Shown here piece by piece: positions 15,489-30,391 of a stretch of DNA of 64,000 nt. The DNA comes from Chrysomallon squamiferum (lineage: Eukaryota > Animalia > Mollusca), in NCBI GenBank assembly GCA_012295275.1, contig CM022670.1, positions 16,864,001 through 16,928,000 of the forward strand, in the 5' to 3' direction. Position numbers and translations under genes: made by a program. The notes under the pieces were generated by a model, which saw only the letters and a list, made by a program, of their open reading frames with translations, had not been told where the DNA came from and ran no database searches. The stretch's first letter is position 1. Every line of letters starts with the position of its first letter.

Positions 15489-15881
15489 TAATTTATTCAT
15501 TCAATAATTTATTATTATTTTTTGTTTTAATTTTAATTTAATTCTTATTTTATTTCTATTTCTAATTTTAATTTTAATCTTCAATTTTTTTTAAATTTAT
15601 ATTTCTATTTTGTTTCAATTTTTTTTTCAATTTTAATTTTAATTTTTATTTTCAATTTTTTTTTTTTTTTATTTCAATTTTTTTTTTCAATTTTTTTTTT
15701 TTTTATTTTCAATTTTATTTTAATTTTTTTTTTTTTTTTTTATTTTTTTTTTTTCATATCACGTGTATAAACTACACCTGGAGTAACACGTCACTTTGTC
15801 TGACGCGGAAGGATACTTGATCATGCTTGGACCTCACTGTACAGAATAAATCTCAGTTACACGATCAGTTTCCTTTTAGCC

Positions 15882-16518
15882 CGACACACTGAATTAATAG
15901 TCACTGCAATCACGAGTCAACTGGATACTTCGACACACTGAATTAATAGTCACTGCAATCACGAGTCAACTGGATACTTCGACACACTGAATTAATAGTC
16001 ACTGCAATCACGAGTCAACTGGATACTTCGACACACTGAATTAATAGTCACTGCAATCACGGTCAACTGGATACTTCGACACACTGAATTAATAGTCACT
16101 GCAATCACGAGTCAACTGGATACTTCGACACACTGAATTAATAGTCACTGCAATCACGAGTCAACTGGATACTTCGACACACTGAATTAATAGTCACTGC
16201 AATCACGAGTCAACTGGATACTTCGACACACTGAATTAATAGTCACTGCAATCACGAGTCAACTGGATACTTCGACACACTGAATTAATAGTCACTGCAA
16301 TCACGAGTCAACTGGATACTTCGACACACTGAATTAATAGTCACTGCAATCACGAGTCAACTGGATACTTCGACACACTGAATTAATAGTCACTGCAATC
16401 ACGAGTCAACTGGATACTTCGACACACTGAATTAATAGTCACTGCAATCACGAGTCAACTGGATACTTCGACACACTGAATTAATAGTCACTGCAATCAC
16501 GAGTCAACTGGATACTTC
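15882..16518. repeat. Near-perfect tandem array, 13 copies of a 49-bp unit
   Basis: Unit CGACACACTGAATTAATAGTCACTGCAATCACGAGTCAACTGGATACTT. Only copy 4 differs, by a 1-bp deletion. No spacers. Confidence 0.95.
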
Positions 16519-16744
16519 CACATAGACATTTGGTGTCTGTTCCTATTGTTTCCTTAAACTTTTCTATACTTTTTTTTTTTTTTTTTTATATATCTATTTT
16601 TATTTGGATGACATGTATGCTTGTACATGCATTAGTAATTTTTCATTATATTTTTAAAATTTTTAATTTAATATAATTTATTTAGTTTAACTTAATTTAA
16701 TTAATTTATTTATTTAAGAGAGAGGTAAAAAAAATAAGTACAAA

Positions 16745-16798
<54 letters not shown>

Positions 16799-17309
16799 GT
16801 ATCAGATATTTAATTTCATTTCTCTGAATTGACGCATATTTATTTTGTCATAGTTTTGTAAATTTATTTATATGATCTGAAATGAAGTTTCCATCTATCT
16901 CATTCTTAAATTAAGATGTGGATGGTGATCAAGTTTGAAAATTTAGTTTCTTTTATTTTGTTCTTGTACTAATAAGTAATTTAAAAATTCTCGATAGACA
17001 AGGTTTTTACTCTGAATGTGTGTTTTTTATTTCTTTATTTTTTTAGTTCATTAGTCTTCCGTTTTCGTCCTGGACTTTCATTCGTACTTTTAATTCGTGA
17101 CTTATATCCTTATCATTATTTATTTATTCATTCATTTATTTATTTGTCTGTCTGCAATTTTTTTATTTTTTTATTTTTTTTTTTTTTTTATCAGAAAAAA
17201 AACAAAGACGCCGATGTATCAGTTTAAACTGATACCTTTTAAAAAAAAATGTTAATTTGGCTGGGAATTATCAAAATAATGGCAGACAGCGTAAAAAAGG
17301 GCTGAAAGA

Positions 17310-17349
17310 ACAATATTATTGTTATTATTATTTTTATTATTATTGTCAC

Positions 17350-17392
<43 letters not shown>

Positions 17393-17420
17393 TTTTTTTT
17401 TTTTTTTTTTTTATTGGCAC

Positions 17421-17498
<78 letters not shown>

Positions 17499-17636
17499 GA
17501 CTTGGTGTGTAAATGAAATATATTTTATATTTATTTACATTGTGAAATGATTTTTTATATACATATCCGGGTTCGCTGTTTCTCAGTAACAAGTAAATCA
17601 TCAAAACGAAGGCGTGGAAACTGTTATCTGATGGAG

Positions 17637-17682
<46 letters not shown>

Positions 17683-17830
17683 CAATAATAATAATAATAA
17701 TAACAATAATGAAAATAATAACAACAACAACAATAATAATAAAATTTAAAAAAATAAAAAGAAGACGAAGAAGACGAAGAAGAAGAATTTTAATAACAAC
17801 AACAAGCAACAACAACAACAATAATGAGAC
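17310..17830. repeat. (TAT)n and (AAT/AAC)n microsatellite cluster
   Basis: Long ATT tracts followed by oppositely oriented AAT tracts. Confidence 0.9.
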
Positions 17831-19015
17831 AACAAAAACAAACAACAGAAACCAGCAAGTGAGGGCCCAGGCTGATTTGTGTGTGTATAAACGTAATCAC
17901 TTGAAAACCACACACTGTGGCGCTTCTTCCACCAATAATAGAGTCTTTAAACTGTAGCAGTCAAATGTATCGCCGCGGGCATCGGGATTTCGTACCTTTT
18001 CACGATATGCTTTGAAAGGATAAACAGTAACTTCTCCCTCTTCATTAAAAGCCTGTCACAAAAACTGACGGGGAAGAATGTACATCTTTCCGCACAACCG
18101 ATCACACAAGAGCGGCAGTCTTTACAACTGCATTTAACAAAGAATCGCCCTTTGATTTTCATCCATGTTTATAGGTATTGCTGATTTTTATCACGACAGA
18201 CTAGCGAACGAACGGCTGACAACATCTGATAACGGCGATATTCAGAACAAATTTGTCGAGTCTTTAACCAAACAGATTTTTCTCTCTTTTTTTTATTTAT
18301 TTTTTTTTTATTTTATTTTATTTTTTTTTTTTTTTTTTTTTCCCCGGACTTGCGATCTGAAGATATAATCATGCCGCTTCGAATGGAAGAAAGACACGGG
18401 TTAAAGTGGAAATGTTTTTCAAGGGATGGAGTAAATTTGAGAAAAGTCACCTGCCTTTGATGGCAATCGCTACAAATGAGTGTATAAACGGCAGCGATTG
18501 CAGCCTGCCTGTTTGAGAAGGAATAAATCAGAGACTCGTGCCGCGTGCCACTCGGAAGATAACAAATTTTAATGACTTGTGAAAAACCGAGAACATTTTT
18601 ATTACAAATAAAAAAAATCTCAACTATCTTTTGTTGTCGCCCTTTCTTTCTTTCTTTCTTTCTTTCTTTCCTGATTTGTTTGTTTATTTATTTATTTATT
18701 TATTTGTATGTTTGTTTGTTTATTTCTTTCTTTCTTTGTTCCTTTATTTGTTTCTTCCTTTATTTGTTTGTGTTTTTGTTAGTTTGTTTCTTCCTTTATT
18801 TTTTGTTTGTTTGTGTGTTTATTTATTAATATTTATTTTAATGATTACTGTTACCAATTTTACTACCAGTACAACTATTACTATCAGCACAACTATTACT
18901 ACCAGTACAACTATTACTATCAGTACAACTATTACTTCTACTACTACTGTTGCTACAAAGACCATCACAGACACAACGATAAACTACAACGATAACAAAA
19001 ATCACAACTTAACTT

Positions 19016-19046
<31 letters not shown>

Positions 19047-20957
19047 AGATAATAATAACATTATTTATAGTAATAACAATTAATAAATAATAAACAAAAC
19101 AATTCTACAACTTGTTAATTTGAAATTATTTAAAGGCTAGAAATACTGCCATTAAAAACGTAAGCTGGACCACCACTAACACAGATACAACCAAATCATT
19201 TTTTTTTTTTTACAGTTTGAATAACCTTTGTTATCTGTTAGTTATTTTAAATATTAGGATCTTTGTTATTTTTATTCTGTCATACAAACACGTGACCAGG
19301 GGCGGACCTGTTAGGAAACTAATTCAAACTTCAGAGCCCTTAATCCGAGAGCAGCCCTAGAAGAGAAATTAATTCACTTTGCTTCAACATTTTAATCAAA
19401 ATCTAAGCTGTGATAATTTAAAAAACAAAAACAACACGGACAGTCATGGAACACTGCCATAGAAGAAGATAACAGTGGTTACCCAGACATCGTTTGCTGC
19501 TTGGGAAAACCTCTGTAATAGTTAAGACTTCGGGGCCCTAACAATGCAGATCCACCAATGTACGTGATTAAGCAAGTAGGATGTCGCAAATTCATTATAC
19601 CAATTTGATCACCTTTCACTTTCACCGTAATGCATTATCTTCACTTTCCCCTGAGCAAAAGATTGCCTACAGCATAATATATGTTAATAATGTAAAATGA
19701 TAACTGTATGCACCTGTAATTCGTGTTGTCCAAATTTCTATGTTTGTTTCTTACGTCACGTCGTTGCCAAATGGCTATGTGAAATAAACTGAACAAATTC
19801 GAAACGATTTTTATTATAACCATAGGTAAAATAAATCAATAACTTCTTTTTTTTTTTTTTTTTTTTTTTTTTTGTGTTTTTGTCTACTTCGGATTTCTGT
19901 AAATCGGATGAATAAATGAAAACTCAGAAAGAAATAATTTTTTTTATTTTATCTTTGAAAAGCTACCAGATAAGATTTAATATTTCTATTTTCTAAATTT
20001 AAACATTATTTAATACTTAACGTAACAAGTAATTTCAAGAAAACCAGATTTCAGAAAAGGTTTGGGGTCTTCCTTTGAAGTATATATATACATGAAAAAT
20101 GTATGTATATACATTTGAAATGATTGTCAGTGAGACACGGTGCATTCTAAATTGGTTGTAATAAAATATATGGCTTCCTGAAACCTATGAACACACTTAG
20201 CTGATTTTGAAAAGCTGGGTTTAGTTCTTTCTGAAATTTCAAAACGTTTTTCAAAAATGATGACACAATGTTAGCTCTTTCTGTCCATAAACATCTAAAA
20301 TTACTGAATTAATTGCCTTTTCTAGCAGTTAACCTGTTAATCGCTTATAATAATAATAAGAAGAAGAAGAAGAAGAAGAAGAAGAGCAAGAACAACAACA
20401 ATAATGATGATGATGACGACAATAATAAGTAGCCATTTTACTTAATTTTGTATTAATTGTCACCATACGAATGCTATGTAAGTGTTAAATGTAGATAAAT
20501 GAGTATTAACATAATTATTAAATTCTAGGACTAAATAAAGATATAGCAATACAAATGTACAAACAGAAACTTTTGTCGTCCATTCAACGAGGAATCGTGA
20601 AAAACAGGGAAGTAACATACAAAAGACGCGAGTTAAAGAAAACAGATGACAAAGTAATAAGTGTTATCATTCACAAGTATCTGTAATCACTCGTTTTTTA
20701 CCACATCGGGAGTTTTACGTGTATATTTTTGAAAAAAAAAAACGACATATTGAAATGGCACACATATAAAGATAAAGCGATAAACACAACATTAATATCC
20801 AACAGACGTTTTTATTTTCAAGTGAACGTATATCAGATTTAAAGCCTCTTTATAAAAAAATTAATCCCTGAATATATAACCCGGATCCAGTTCATTAATT
20901 GAGCTATCATCTGATAACTGTGCAGTTTTCTTCTTCGCCCCTACCCCTCCCTTTTTT

Positions 20958-21038
<81 letters not shown>

Positions 21039-21400
21039 TTTTTTTTTGCCACTGTAGTATGAACACAAATGACGAAAATTGTTTAATTCGGTGATAAACA
21101 TGCTGACAGATACATATATTTAAAGCTTGGCAGGAAGTTAGAATAACAATTTAAGTACTTAAGAAATTATAAGAAGCTGTTGGTATAGCTTGTTTGATAA
21201 TTAAAAGAGTTTTTTTGAGCTGTCGAACATCTGTCGTTTTATTTCACTTGAACATATGTGTGTTTGTGTGTCTGTGTGTTTATTTACGTAAACGTGTAGA
21301 GACTGAGTGGATATGAATTGTGTAAATATATCTGTAAATACATTATATTTATATGCACACAATATAATGATATAGTGCACACACACATACACACACACAT

Positions 21401-21558
21401 AGAGAATAATTAGTTACTGGCTTTAGATATCAGTTTTATCCTGTGAAGGTGAGAATACCGAATTTGCAGCGAGGCCATGCCGAGCTACATTCGACATTCC
21501 ACCTGAGAAGGATAAAGCCTTATATCTATCTTAAGACAGTAACCAGTTATTTCTTTCA
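21401..21558. mobile_element. Palindromic (foldback) MITE-like element
   Basis: Left arm AATAATTAGTTACTG...AGATATCAGTTTTATCCTGTGAAGGTGAGAATACCGAATTTGCAGC pairs imperfectly with right arm GCTACATTCGACATTCCACCTGAGAAGGATAAAGCCTTATATCT...CAGTAACCAGTTATT around a central GAGGCCATGCCGA. Confidence 0.6.
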
Positions 21559-21870
21559 TGTTGCAGTTCTAAATAATACAAAAACGAAATGAAATTTACA
21601 GTTTTATTTCTCAAACCCACCCTCTCGACAGTAGTAGATTCGATCGTACTGATTTCGTTGTCTCCTACAAAGATTATATTATATACTTCAAAACAAAATA
21701 GTTCTTACATAACACCAATTTATTTGTTATTTTTTTAAAATGTAAGCAGTTTTCGAAATGATCTTTTAATATTTAAATTAGCAACTGAATATTAAAGAAA
21801 GTAACTTTGAACACAATATGAGTGTGTTTGTATGTGTGTATATGTGATGTGTGTATGAAGTATGTGGGCT

Positions 21871-21909
<39 letters not shown>

Positions 21910-22027
21910 TAATAGCAAGTATTTTTTACGAAAATAATTATTAAAAAAGTTAAATTTTTTGTCAGTGTTGAAATTTATCTAGTCATCATATCATGCCAAA
22001 ACGTATAGTGATTGTAGACTAGATATA

Positions 22028-22209
<182 letters not shown>

Positions 22210-24484
22210 TTATTAATTCTGTATTAATTTTGCTATAAAACGGAAACAAGCATTAAAAAAATGAGGAGAAAATAAAATGAAACAAAGAAAAACTAAGAAA
22301 TTAATAAAATGAATTTAAAAAAAAAAAAATCAAGCAATGCAATAATAAAACACACACCGGCACACACATACACAGACCCAAAAGTATTTAAAAAAATAAT
22401 AATAATAATAACGACATTTTTCATGAAATGAAAAGTGAAAAAAAAGGATATGACAAAAGATATTATTATCATTGTATCGAGGGTGACTGAAGTAACAGAT
22501 TAGCAGAGCTGTGATTATTCCAGAGCGCTTCCCCATGTAAATCATTCAGTTCCCGCCCAGTGACTCGCGTCTTTCTCCAGGCTGTTTTCGTTCTCAACTC
22601 TTTTTGTGGTCGCAAACGACATGGCAAAATCTTCACAGGAGGCCGTTTGAAATCAACGTATTCATATCATCGTTATAATTAACTAGGTAGACTAGGCAGG
22701 ACTTTTTCACTTTTGAAATTCATATCTGTTTTAGTATCAGTATTGATAATAAAATCAGCATTCTGTATTGCTATAAGCCGGGACATAACATGTTTATATA
22801 GAAAAAAAAAAAAAAAAATTGACGAATTAACATAGTGATATTATCAACTCCGATAATGTATGTTTAAATGGATAAGAAACGAAAATAAAAGATATAGTTG
22901 TCATTGAATGTGTTTAATTACTTAAAATTAATTGTCTGTATTTTATTTGTTAGTTTAAATATATATTTTTAAATAATTATAATAATAATAATAATAATAA
23001 TTAATAAAAATAATAATAATAAACAAAAAGAATTTAAAATTCAGCATCAAAAATAGATAGAAAAAAATTAAAAATTCTTAACAAAATTAAAAAAACAAAA
23101 AAAAAAAAGCATGTAAAATCATAATGTAATATAAAAAAAAAAAAGAAGAAAATACAAAAATTAAACAAAACAAAACAATTCTTCATTTAAAATTAAAAAA
23201 TACCAAATACAACAATAAAAAAATTAAAAAAACGCTCAAAAATCCATTACGTATTATATACACAAAAAGAAAAAAACAAAACAAAACAACAAAGAATTTA
23301 ATAACTAAAAACTATCAAACTTCTGCAACACAACAAATAAATTTTATACACATATACATACAAACGCGCGCGCTCACCCAAACTCATCACGCATTCCACA
23401 CCCACACACACACACACAAATGATTTGAAAGTTATAAAACGCAAGTCTAGAGCAGGCCCGGGGGAGATGGACGCTTGGTAGGTTCAGCTGGTCGATTTTT
23501 TTTTTTTTTTTTTTTTTTTTTGGCGTCTGGTTGTTAGACATCGTTTCTCATTGTAGAAAGGGGGAGGAACGTTCACACCCGTCCTTTGTGATCACCTCTC
23601 CAAAAATTAAACAGCTTTATCTTGCTGTTTTATATCTGTAAAACGACTTTTCACGTATCTAGTCAATCAGGCCGAAGATTCGGCTCTAACAATGAGAAAA
23701 ACGTGCCAAGAAGCACTCCGAGACAAAGTCAAGATGGTTTCACCGCAGTGTCGAGGCGGAACAGTCACCAATTGACGTCTTCAAAATGATAGACCCCTAA
23801 AATTAAAATACCTGTATGAGTCCCTCGGGGCTACTGTCTCTTCATCGATTCAGAAACCCCACCCGAACTGCTTCCCACCGTTCTGTCAGAGTGAAATAAA
23901 GAAAAGAAAGAAAATAAATTTTTACTGGAGATTAATTCGTTCTCTACGCACTAAACTATTGTTCAGACTCAAACCAAAAAAAAATATCACTTATTTTGAA
24001 TTGGTGACTTTGCTTGTGACAGTTTTAATGTTATTGTGACACTGTTATAAAAAAAAAGTGAAATATTAAAAATAAAAAGAAGAAGAAATAACTACCTACC
24101 TGTCGAAATAAATAAATAAACAAATAACTAACTAAAGAAAGAAAAAAAAAAAAAAGAAAAAAGAAAGAAAGAATGAATGAAAGAAAGAAAGAACAATCGT
24201 GTCAAGAATCACAACAAAAAACAAATTGAAAACTTACAAGTTGTGTTTATGTATATTTAAATTTTTGAAAATTAACTCACAAAATATTATACAGCACTCA
24301 CAGGTACGTAAAAAAATCCTCTAAACACCATTAAATAACAACAACAAAAAGACAACAACAACAAATAAGACCAACCAAAACAATTAAAAACCAACAAAAC
24401 AGACTTTCGTAATTAAAGTAAGAAAAATAATAATTAATATAATATAATACACTATATTAAATTATAAGCATTACTACTACTACA

Positions 24485-24516
<32 letters not shown>

Positions 24517-25251
24517 AACTACTCCTACTGCAGTTATTACAGGTGCCGCTGTTATTATCATTATTAATTCAAACAAACTTATTTTTCATAAGGTTTTAAA
24601 ATAGGGAAGAGAAACAACAGAAATACTCGTTCACACAATAAAATAATAAACCAGTTCATTCCATGCTGTCTTTTCTAAGTGCTTCCAGGGATTATGTAGG
24701 TTTAAATATGTCTGTTCTCATTGTTAAAAAAAAACACATAAATTCACGAATGCATAATGTCCGCTGTTATAGTTATGTTGATATTCAGATATCCGGGTAA
24801 ACGGTTTGTATGTGACTGTATGTAATTGTTCGTTGTTTGTGTTTTTGTACATGTGTGTATGCGTGTGTGCATGCGTGTGTGCATGCGTGAGTAGTATGCG
24901 TGTGTGTGCGGCTGGGTGGGTATTTGTGTGTTTGCGTGTTTGTGTGCTGGATCCTGTTTCTGTCATTCTGTAGATGAAAGTGTAACAAATGCTTGCTATA
25001 TACTACAGTGTTAATTACCTCAACAGTCATATACTATTCTTTTCTAAAATACAAATCGCAACAACAGAAAATAATATGAATACTTTGTTAAGAAGTAAAA
25101 GTGACGGTCGTAATTATTAAAAGAAGAAAATACAGTTCATACTACAAGTGTATTCAGCTGTAATAAATATTTTCTTATCTTGCAGTTTGCATCTGTGATG
25201 TGTTAGCATAAATTTATTAAAATGCTGCTACGAACTGCAAAATTAGAAAGC

Positions 25252-25300
<49 letters not shown>

Positions 25301-25360
25301 TGTGTAAGTCCCATTATTTTTAATTAATCAGATTACCTCCCTTGATGAAGATAGAAACAG

Positions 25361-25499
<139 letters not shown>

Positions 25500-25961
25500 C
25501 TTTGATGATAAATATATATTTTTTTTTTTTCATATCACCATTAAAATAAACAGAAAACTTTATTTTTATCACTGAAATCATTTACAGGTTCAAACATAGG
25601 GACGCTTTTGACATTAAAAAAAATCTGAAATCGTTTCAAATAATTATGTGCATAACGTTAAACGATTTTCACAACAACTACGTTACCTCTGCCGGCTTTC
25701 GTGAAATGGGATTCTGGTTACTCAGCTTGATAATGTTATTTGCGTTCGTTGAAACACATTGTCTCTCCTAACTGATGCACTATTTATTTATAATGTCCAA
25801 ATTTTGGTTATTGTTATTAACGTTGAGCCTTATTTTGATTACAATAAAGACCTACAGAAATATATAATTATTAATCGTATAACATTGGTAAAAAGAAATC
25901 AGCTAACCATTATGTGTTCTAATACCACTGCTACCATGTTATCATACCACTACGTTATCAT

Positions 25962-26241
25962 CAAGGCTGGATTTGCCATATACGCTTTCTAGGCCAGTGC
26001 CTAGGGCGGCAGGATGACAGTGGCAAAATTTATGTTACATAAATTCGTATTTTCACATTTGAGTTATAAATAAATCATTATGTAAATGTAAAACCATGTT
26101 TTTGCTATCATCTAGATCATAAGTTATAACCATTCATATTATATAAACTAAGTGGGAAGGGTGAGGGGGACTTGAGCCTTGAGGAAAGGGCGGTAACATT
26201 TCTTTAGCCTATGGGCGGCAACCACATTAAAACCAACCCTG
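25962..26241. mobile_element. Non-autonomous hAT-type MITE (280 bp)
   Basis: Imperfect TIRs CAAGGCTGGATTT ... AAAACCAACCCTG (10/13 match). Identical 8-bp flanks GTTATCAT at 25954-25961 and 26242-26249. A subterminal GCCTA(T)GGGCGGCA motif lies near both ends. An 8-bp TSD with CAG-like ends is typical of hAT. Confidence 0.72.
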
Positions 26242-27680
26242 GTTATCATACCAGTACATAGTCTCATATCTCTACATGTTCTCATACCATTACATGTTGT
26301 CATACCACTATGTGTTCTCATACCACTATGTGGTCTCATACCAGTACATAGTCTCATATCTCTGCATGTTCTCATACCACTATGTGTCTCATACCACTAT
26401 GTGTTCTCATACCACTATGTGTCTCATACCACTACATGCTCTCATACCACTACGTGTTCTCATACCACTACGTGTTCTCATACCACTATGTGCTCTCATA
26501 CCATTACTTGTTCTCATACCACTACGTGTTCTCATACCACTACGTGTTCTCATACCATTATGTGTCTCATACCACTACATGCTCTCATACCACTACGTGT
26601 TCTCATACCACTACATGCTCTCATACCACTACGTGTTCTCATACCACTACATGCTCTCATACCACTACGTGTTCTCATACCACTACATGCTCTCATACCA
26701 CTACGTGTTCTCATACCATTACTTGTTCTCATACCACTACGTGTTCTCATACCACTATGTGTCTCATACCACTACGTGTTCTCATACCACTACATGCTCT
26801 CATACCACTACGTGTTCTCATACCACTACATGTTCTCATACCACTACGTGTTCTCATACCACTACGTGTTCTCATACCACTACGTGTTCTCATACCACTA
26901 CGTGTTCTCATACCACTACGTGTTCTCATACCACTACGTGTTCTCATACCATTACATGTTCTCATACCACTACGTGTTCTCATACCACTACGTGTTCTCA
27001 TACCACTACGTGTTCTCATACCATTATATGTTCTCATAACATTACGTGTTCTCATACCACTACGTGTTCTCATACCATTACGTGTTCTCATACCATTATG
27101 TGTTCTCATACCACTACGAGTTATCATATCACTACGTGTTATCATACCATTACATGTTCTCATACCACCACTTATTATTATACCACAACGTGTTCTCATA
27201 CCACAACGTGTTCTCATACCACTACGTGTTCTCATACCACTGTGTGATATTATACAACTTCGTGTTCTCAAATCACCACTTATTATTATACCACTATGTG
27301 TCTCATACCACTACGTGTTATCATACCACTACGTGTTCTCATACCACTACGTGTTCTCATACCATTACGTGTTCTCATACCACTACACCTCATATTATTA
27401 TCATACCACTACATGTTCTCATACCACTACGTGTTCTCATACCACTACGTGTTCTCATATCACTACGTGTTCTCATACCATTACGTGTTCTCATACCACT
27501 ACGTGTTATCATACCACTACGTGTTCTCATACCATTACATGTTCTCATACCACTACGTGTTCTCATACCATTACTTGTTCTCATACCACCACTTATTATT
27601 ATACCACTACGTGTTCTCAAATCACCACTTATTATTATACTACTATGTGTCTCATACCATTACGTGTTATCATGCCACTA
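26242..27680. repeat. 18-bp minisatellite (CTCATACCACTACGTGTT)n, roughly 80 units; a few further units at 25905-25961, left of the MITE
   Basis: The periodicity is directly visible and explains the spurious CSHTTT, VLIPLR, FSYHYV and GMRTRS ORFs in several frames. 17-bp variants shift the frame. Confidence 0.95.
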
Positions 27681-30356
27681 TCTTAGTTACTGAAAACAGT
27701 CCCATATCTTCACACGATAATTAAAACGAATAATAGACTTTCTGTCACTCATAGCTAAATATTCTGAACGCAGAAACGCTACCTATTCTTTCAGGTTCTC
27801 GTGTTGGTTACCACACACATTACATACATAGACTGAAACAACAAACACACAAAATGCTCAGTGATACAAGAAACAAACGCATACAGAAACACGTTCACGC
27901 AGCCTTACCAGTTATCAACAACGATATTGATTCCAACGATCTATATTTTATCTGACAGCCGGACGTAATCCAAACTTTGAAAAATTTATCTAAGAAACAC
28001 AGATGTGAAACAAATCGTAACGAACTAGCTTGAAACATCTCTCGTAATTGTTTGTTAATAATTGATCTGAAAACTGTGGCTGCTTCAATCTGATACGTAA
28101 TTAATGCAGCATATTATTTATGGTCACCACTGTTAAGATGTATAAACAGTGTTTCGGTGCGCCTGTTGCACTGTACTTGAGATTCTGACGACAGCTTGCA
28201 GTTTCGCTGTTGGGAACATAGCGATAGGGGATTACAAAAAATAAATTAAATATTTGGTCGTATTACTACCAGTGCCAGCTACAAGACATTTCACCTTTCA
28301 TTGATCGTTCGTCAGTCGATTATCAGTTCATTGTTTCGCTGATAAAAAATGTTTTTGATTATTTCTTAAGACAGATGTGTTTCAGTGCATCTAAGCACGT
28401 TTCAAATTACTGAAAAATCAATTTTTTTTCTTTTTTTAAGATAACTGTTAAGTATGATTCAGGTGAAAGTCAACATGCTGTTAGACGATAGAATCAAAGG
28501 GTATTTGTGGCTGTCGTGTTATCAGCTCGTTGTGATAATACTAGTTACAGTAATATTAATGTTACAGCCAATGTTAATATAGAACTGACAGTAAAGGTAA
28601 CCACAACATAACGTAAAGGAGCAACTCTTAACGTTTTATTATTTTTGAAATAGCTGTTACGGCTGGGGCGCTTAGGTTAAATTTTATTCTAGGTCTGAAA
28701 TGTTATGAAATATGTGGCGCAGTTATAAACATCTATACGTTATAAATATATAGCTCTATATTCTCAAAGCATCAGAACGGGACACTTTCGCCGAAGTTAA
28801 GAATCACCACTAAAAAGCTAAAGAAAGCAGTCCTGTTACTGACAAAATTTAACAATTTCAAAATCATCTAATTATTCATTAAAAAATGTATTATTATTAT
28901 AAAGAGTTAAAATATTTATTTTCGGATATAGTATAATTTATGTAAACTACTGAAATGTTTTCATTAGTTATTAATGTCTCTGAAATGTTTATAATGAAAA
29001 ATACATAGCATGTATCAGCTTTTGACCTTGGATATTTGGTAACAGGACTTAAACAATAAAAAACAGGACTTAAAAATGCATAAAAATGTATACTACTATA
29101 GTAAAAAATGCATAATAATAATAATAATAAATATAACAACATCAACAAGAACTGCAATAATAATATACAAAAGAGGTTGCAAAAAAAATGGTAACATTCA
29201 AATTATGACGGAATATATATAAATATAAATATATATACATACACACACAGATAGATATATAAACAGATACATATAGATATAAACATATTTCTGTGAAAGC
29301 CGCTATTATTTCTTTGTACTTTAATACTCACGACGTAACAATGAATTTACAGTTTTAATATGTATTCTGCAGTACAATATCAGCTTGTTACTGCACACAC
29401 TTTCACACAGGTAACAAACAATTAACGAGAACCAAGATGTAGACAGATCGTTATTACAATGTCCCGTTACGTAGAATTAATTTTAGAATAATCTATCCAC
29501 GTTTCTACTTCCCAGGCCAGAACCATTTCCACTGCTAATATTTGATTATATTTGATTATATTAAATAATATTGTTCCGAGAACAACAACAACAGCAACAA
29601 CAGTACTGAATATGATGATGATGGTGATGATGTTATTATTATTGTTGTTGACATTTAAAAATAAACTAATGTGCTAAATTTAACACCATCAATAATAAAT
29701 AAAAAAAAATAATATTAATAATAAGCATACAACCAAATAAACAAAGACACACAAATAAAAAAAAAAAAAAACAAATAAACAAACAAAAAAAAAAAATTTG
29801 GTTTTAAACATTTAAACATTATTGACACTCACTAGTACAGAAAAGTTTCACTGACTTTCCGAATGTGAATAAAAGGGAAATAAAAAAGAAAAGAAAAAAA
29901 AAATTAAATAATAAAAGCACATTCTGTAATATTAACTGTAAATACATTTTGGGAGCTTTAAATGATTCATTATTTAATGATGGTTCTGTGTACATAATTT
30001 AATACACGTGATATTTGATGTAACTTTTATTCCATTTCGGTACTGGTGTTTCACTAATTAGTTCTCTGAAATCTGATATGTGTAGATAGTAAAATACGTT
30101 TCCTCATAAACACACAATCTCTGATGACGTGCGAATTGTAAAATGTTTTTATTTTTAATGTTTATATTTTATGAACATTTAAAAACTGCAAATAGATAAA
30201 TAGATAAATAAGTAAATAAATCTAAACAAAACGAAAAAATATAAGCAAATTATTATTATTAGTAGTAGTAGTAGTAGTTTTATTATCATCATTATTAAAA
30301 GAACATATTATTTGATTCGTTCATTTCAGATTAATTATGTTCTTTCAGTAATGATG

Positions 30357-30391
<35 letters not shown>

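Noticed and set aside
15882-16518. CRISPR-like appearance of the regular array
   Set aside because: Head-to-tail identical units with no unique spacers, no cas genes, and a eukaryotic context.
26148-27724. Long ORFs (up to 434 aa) with CSHTTT/VLIPLR/FSYHYV/GMRTRS repeats
   Set aside because: Open in several frames on both strands because the 18-bp unit lacks stops in those frames. Frame-shifting 17-bp variants and the lack of splice context argue against coding.
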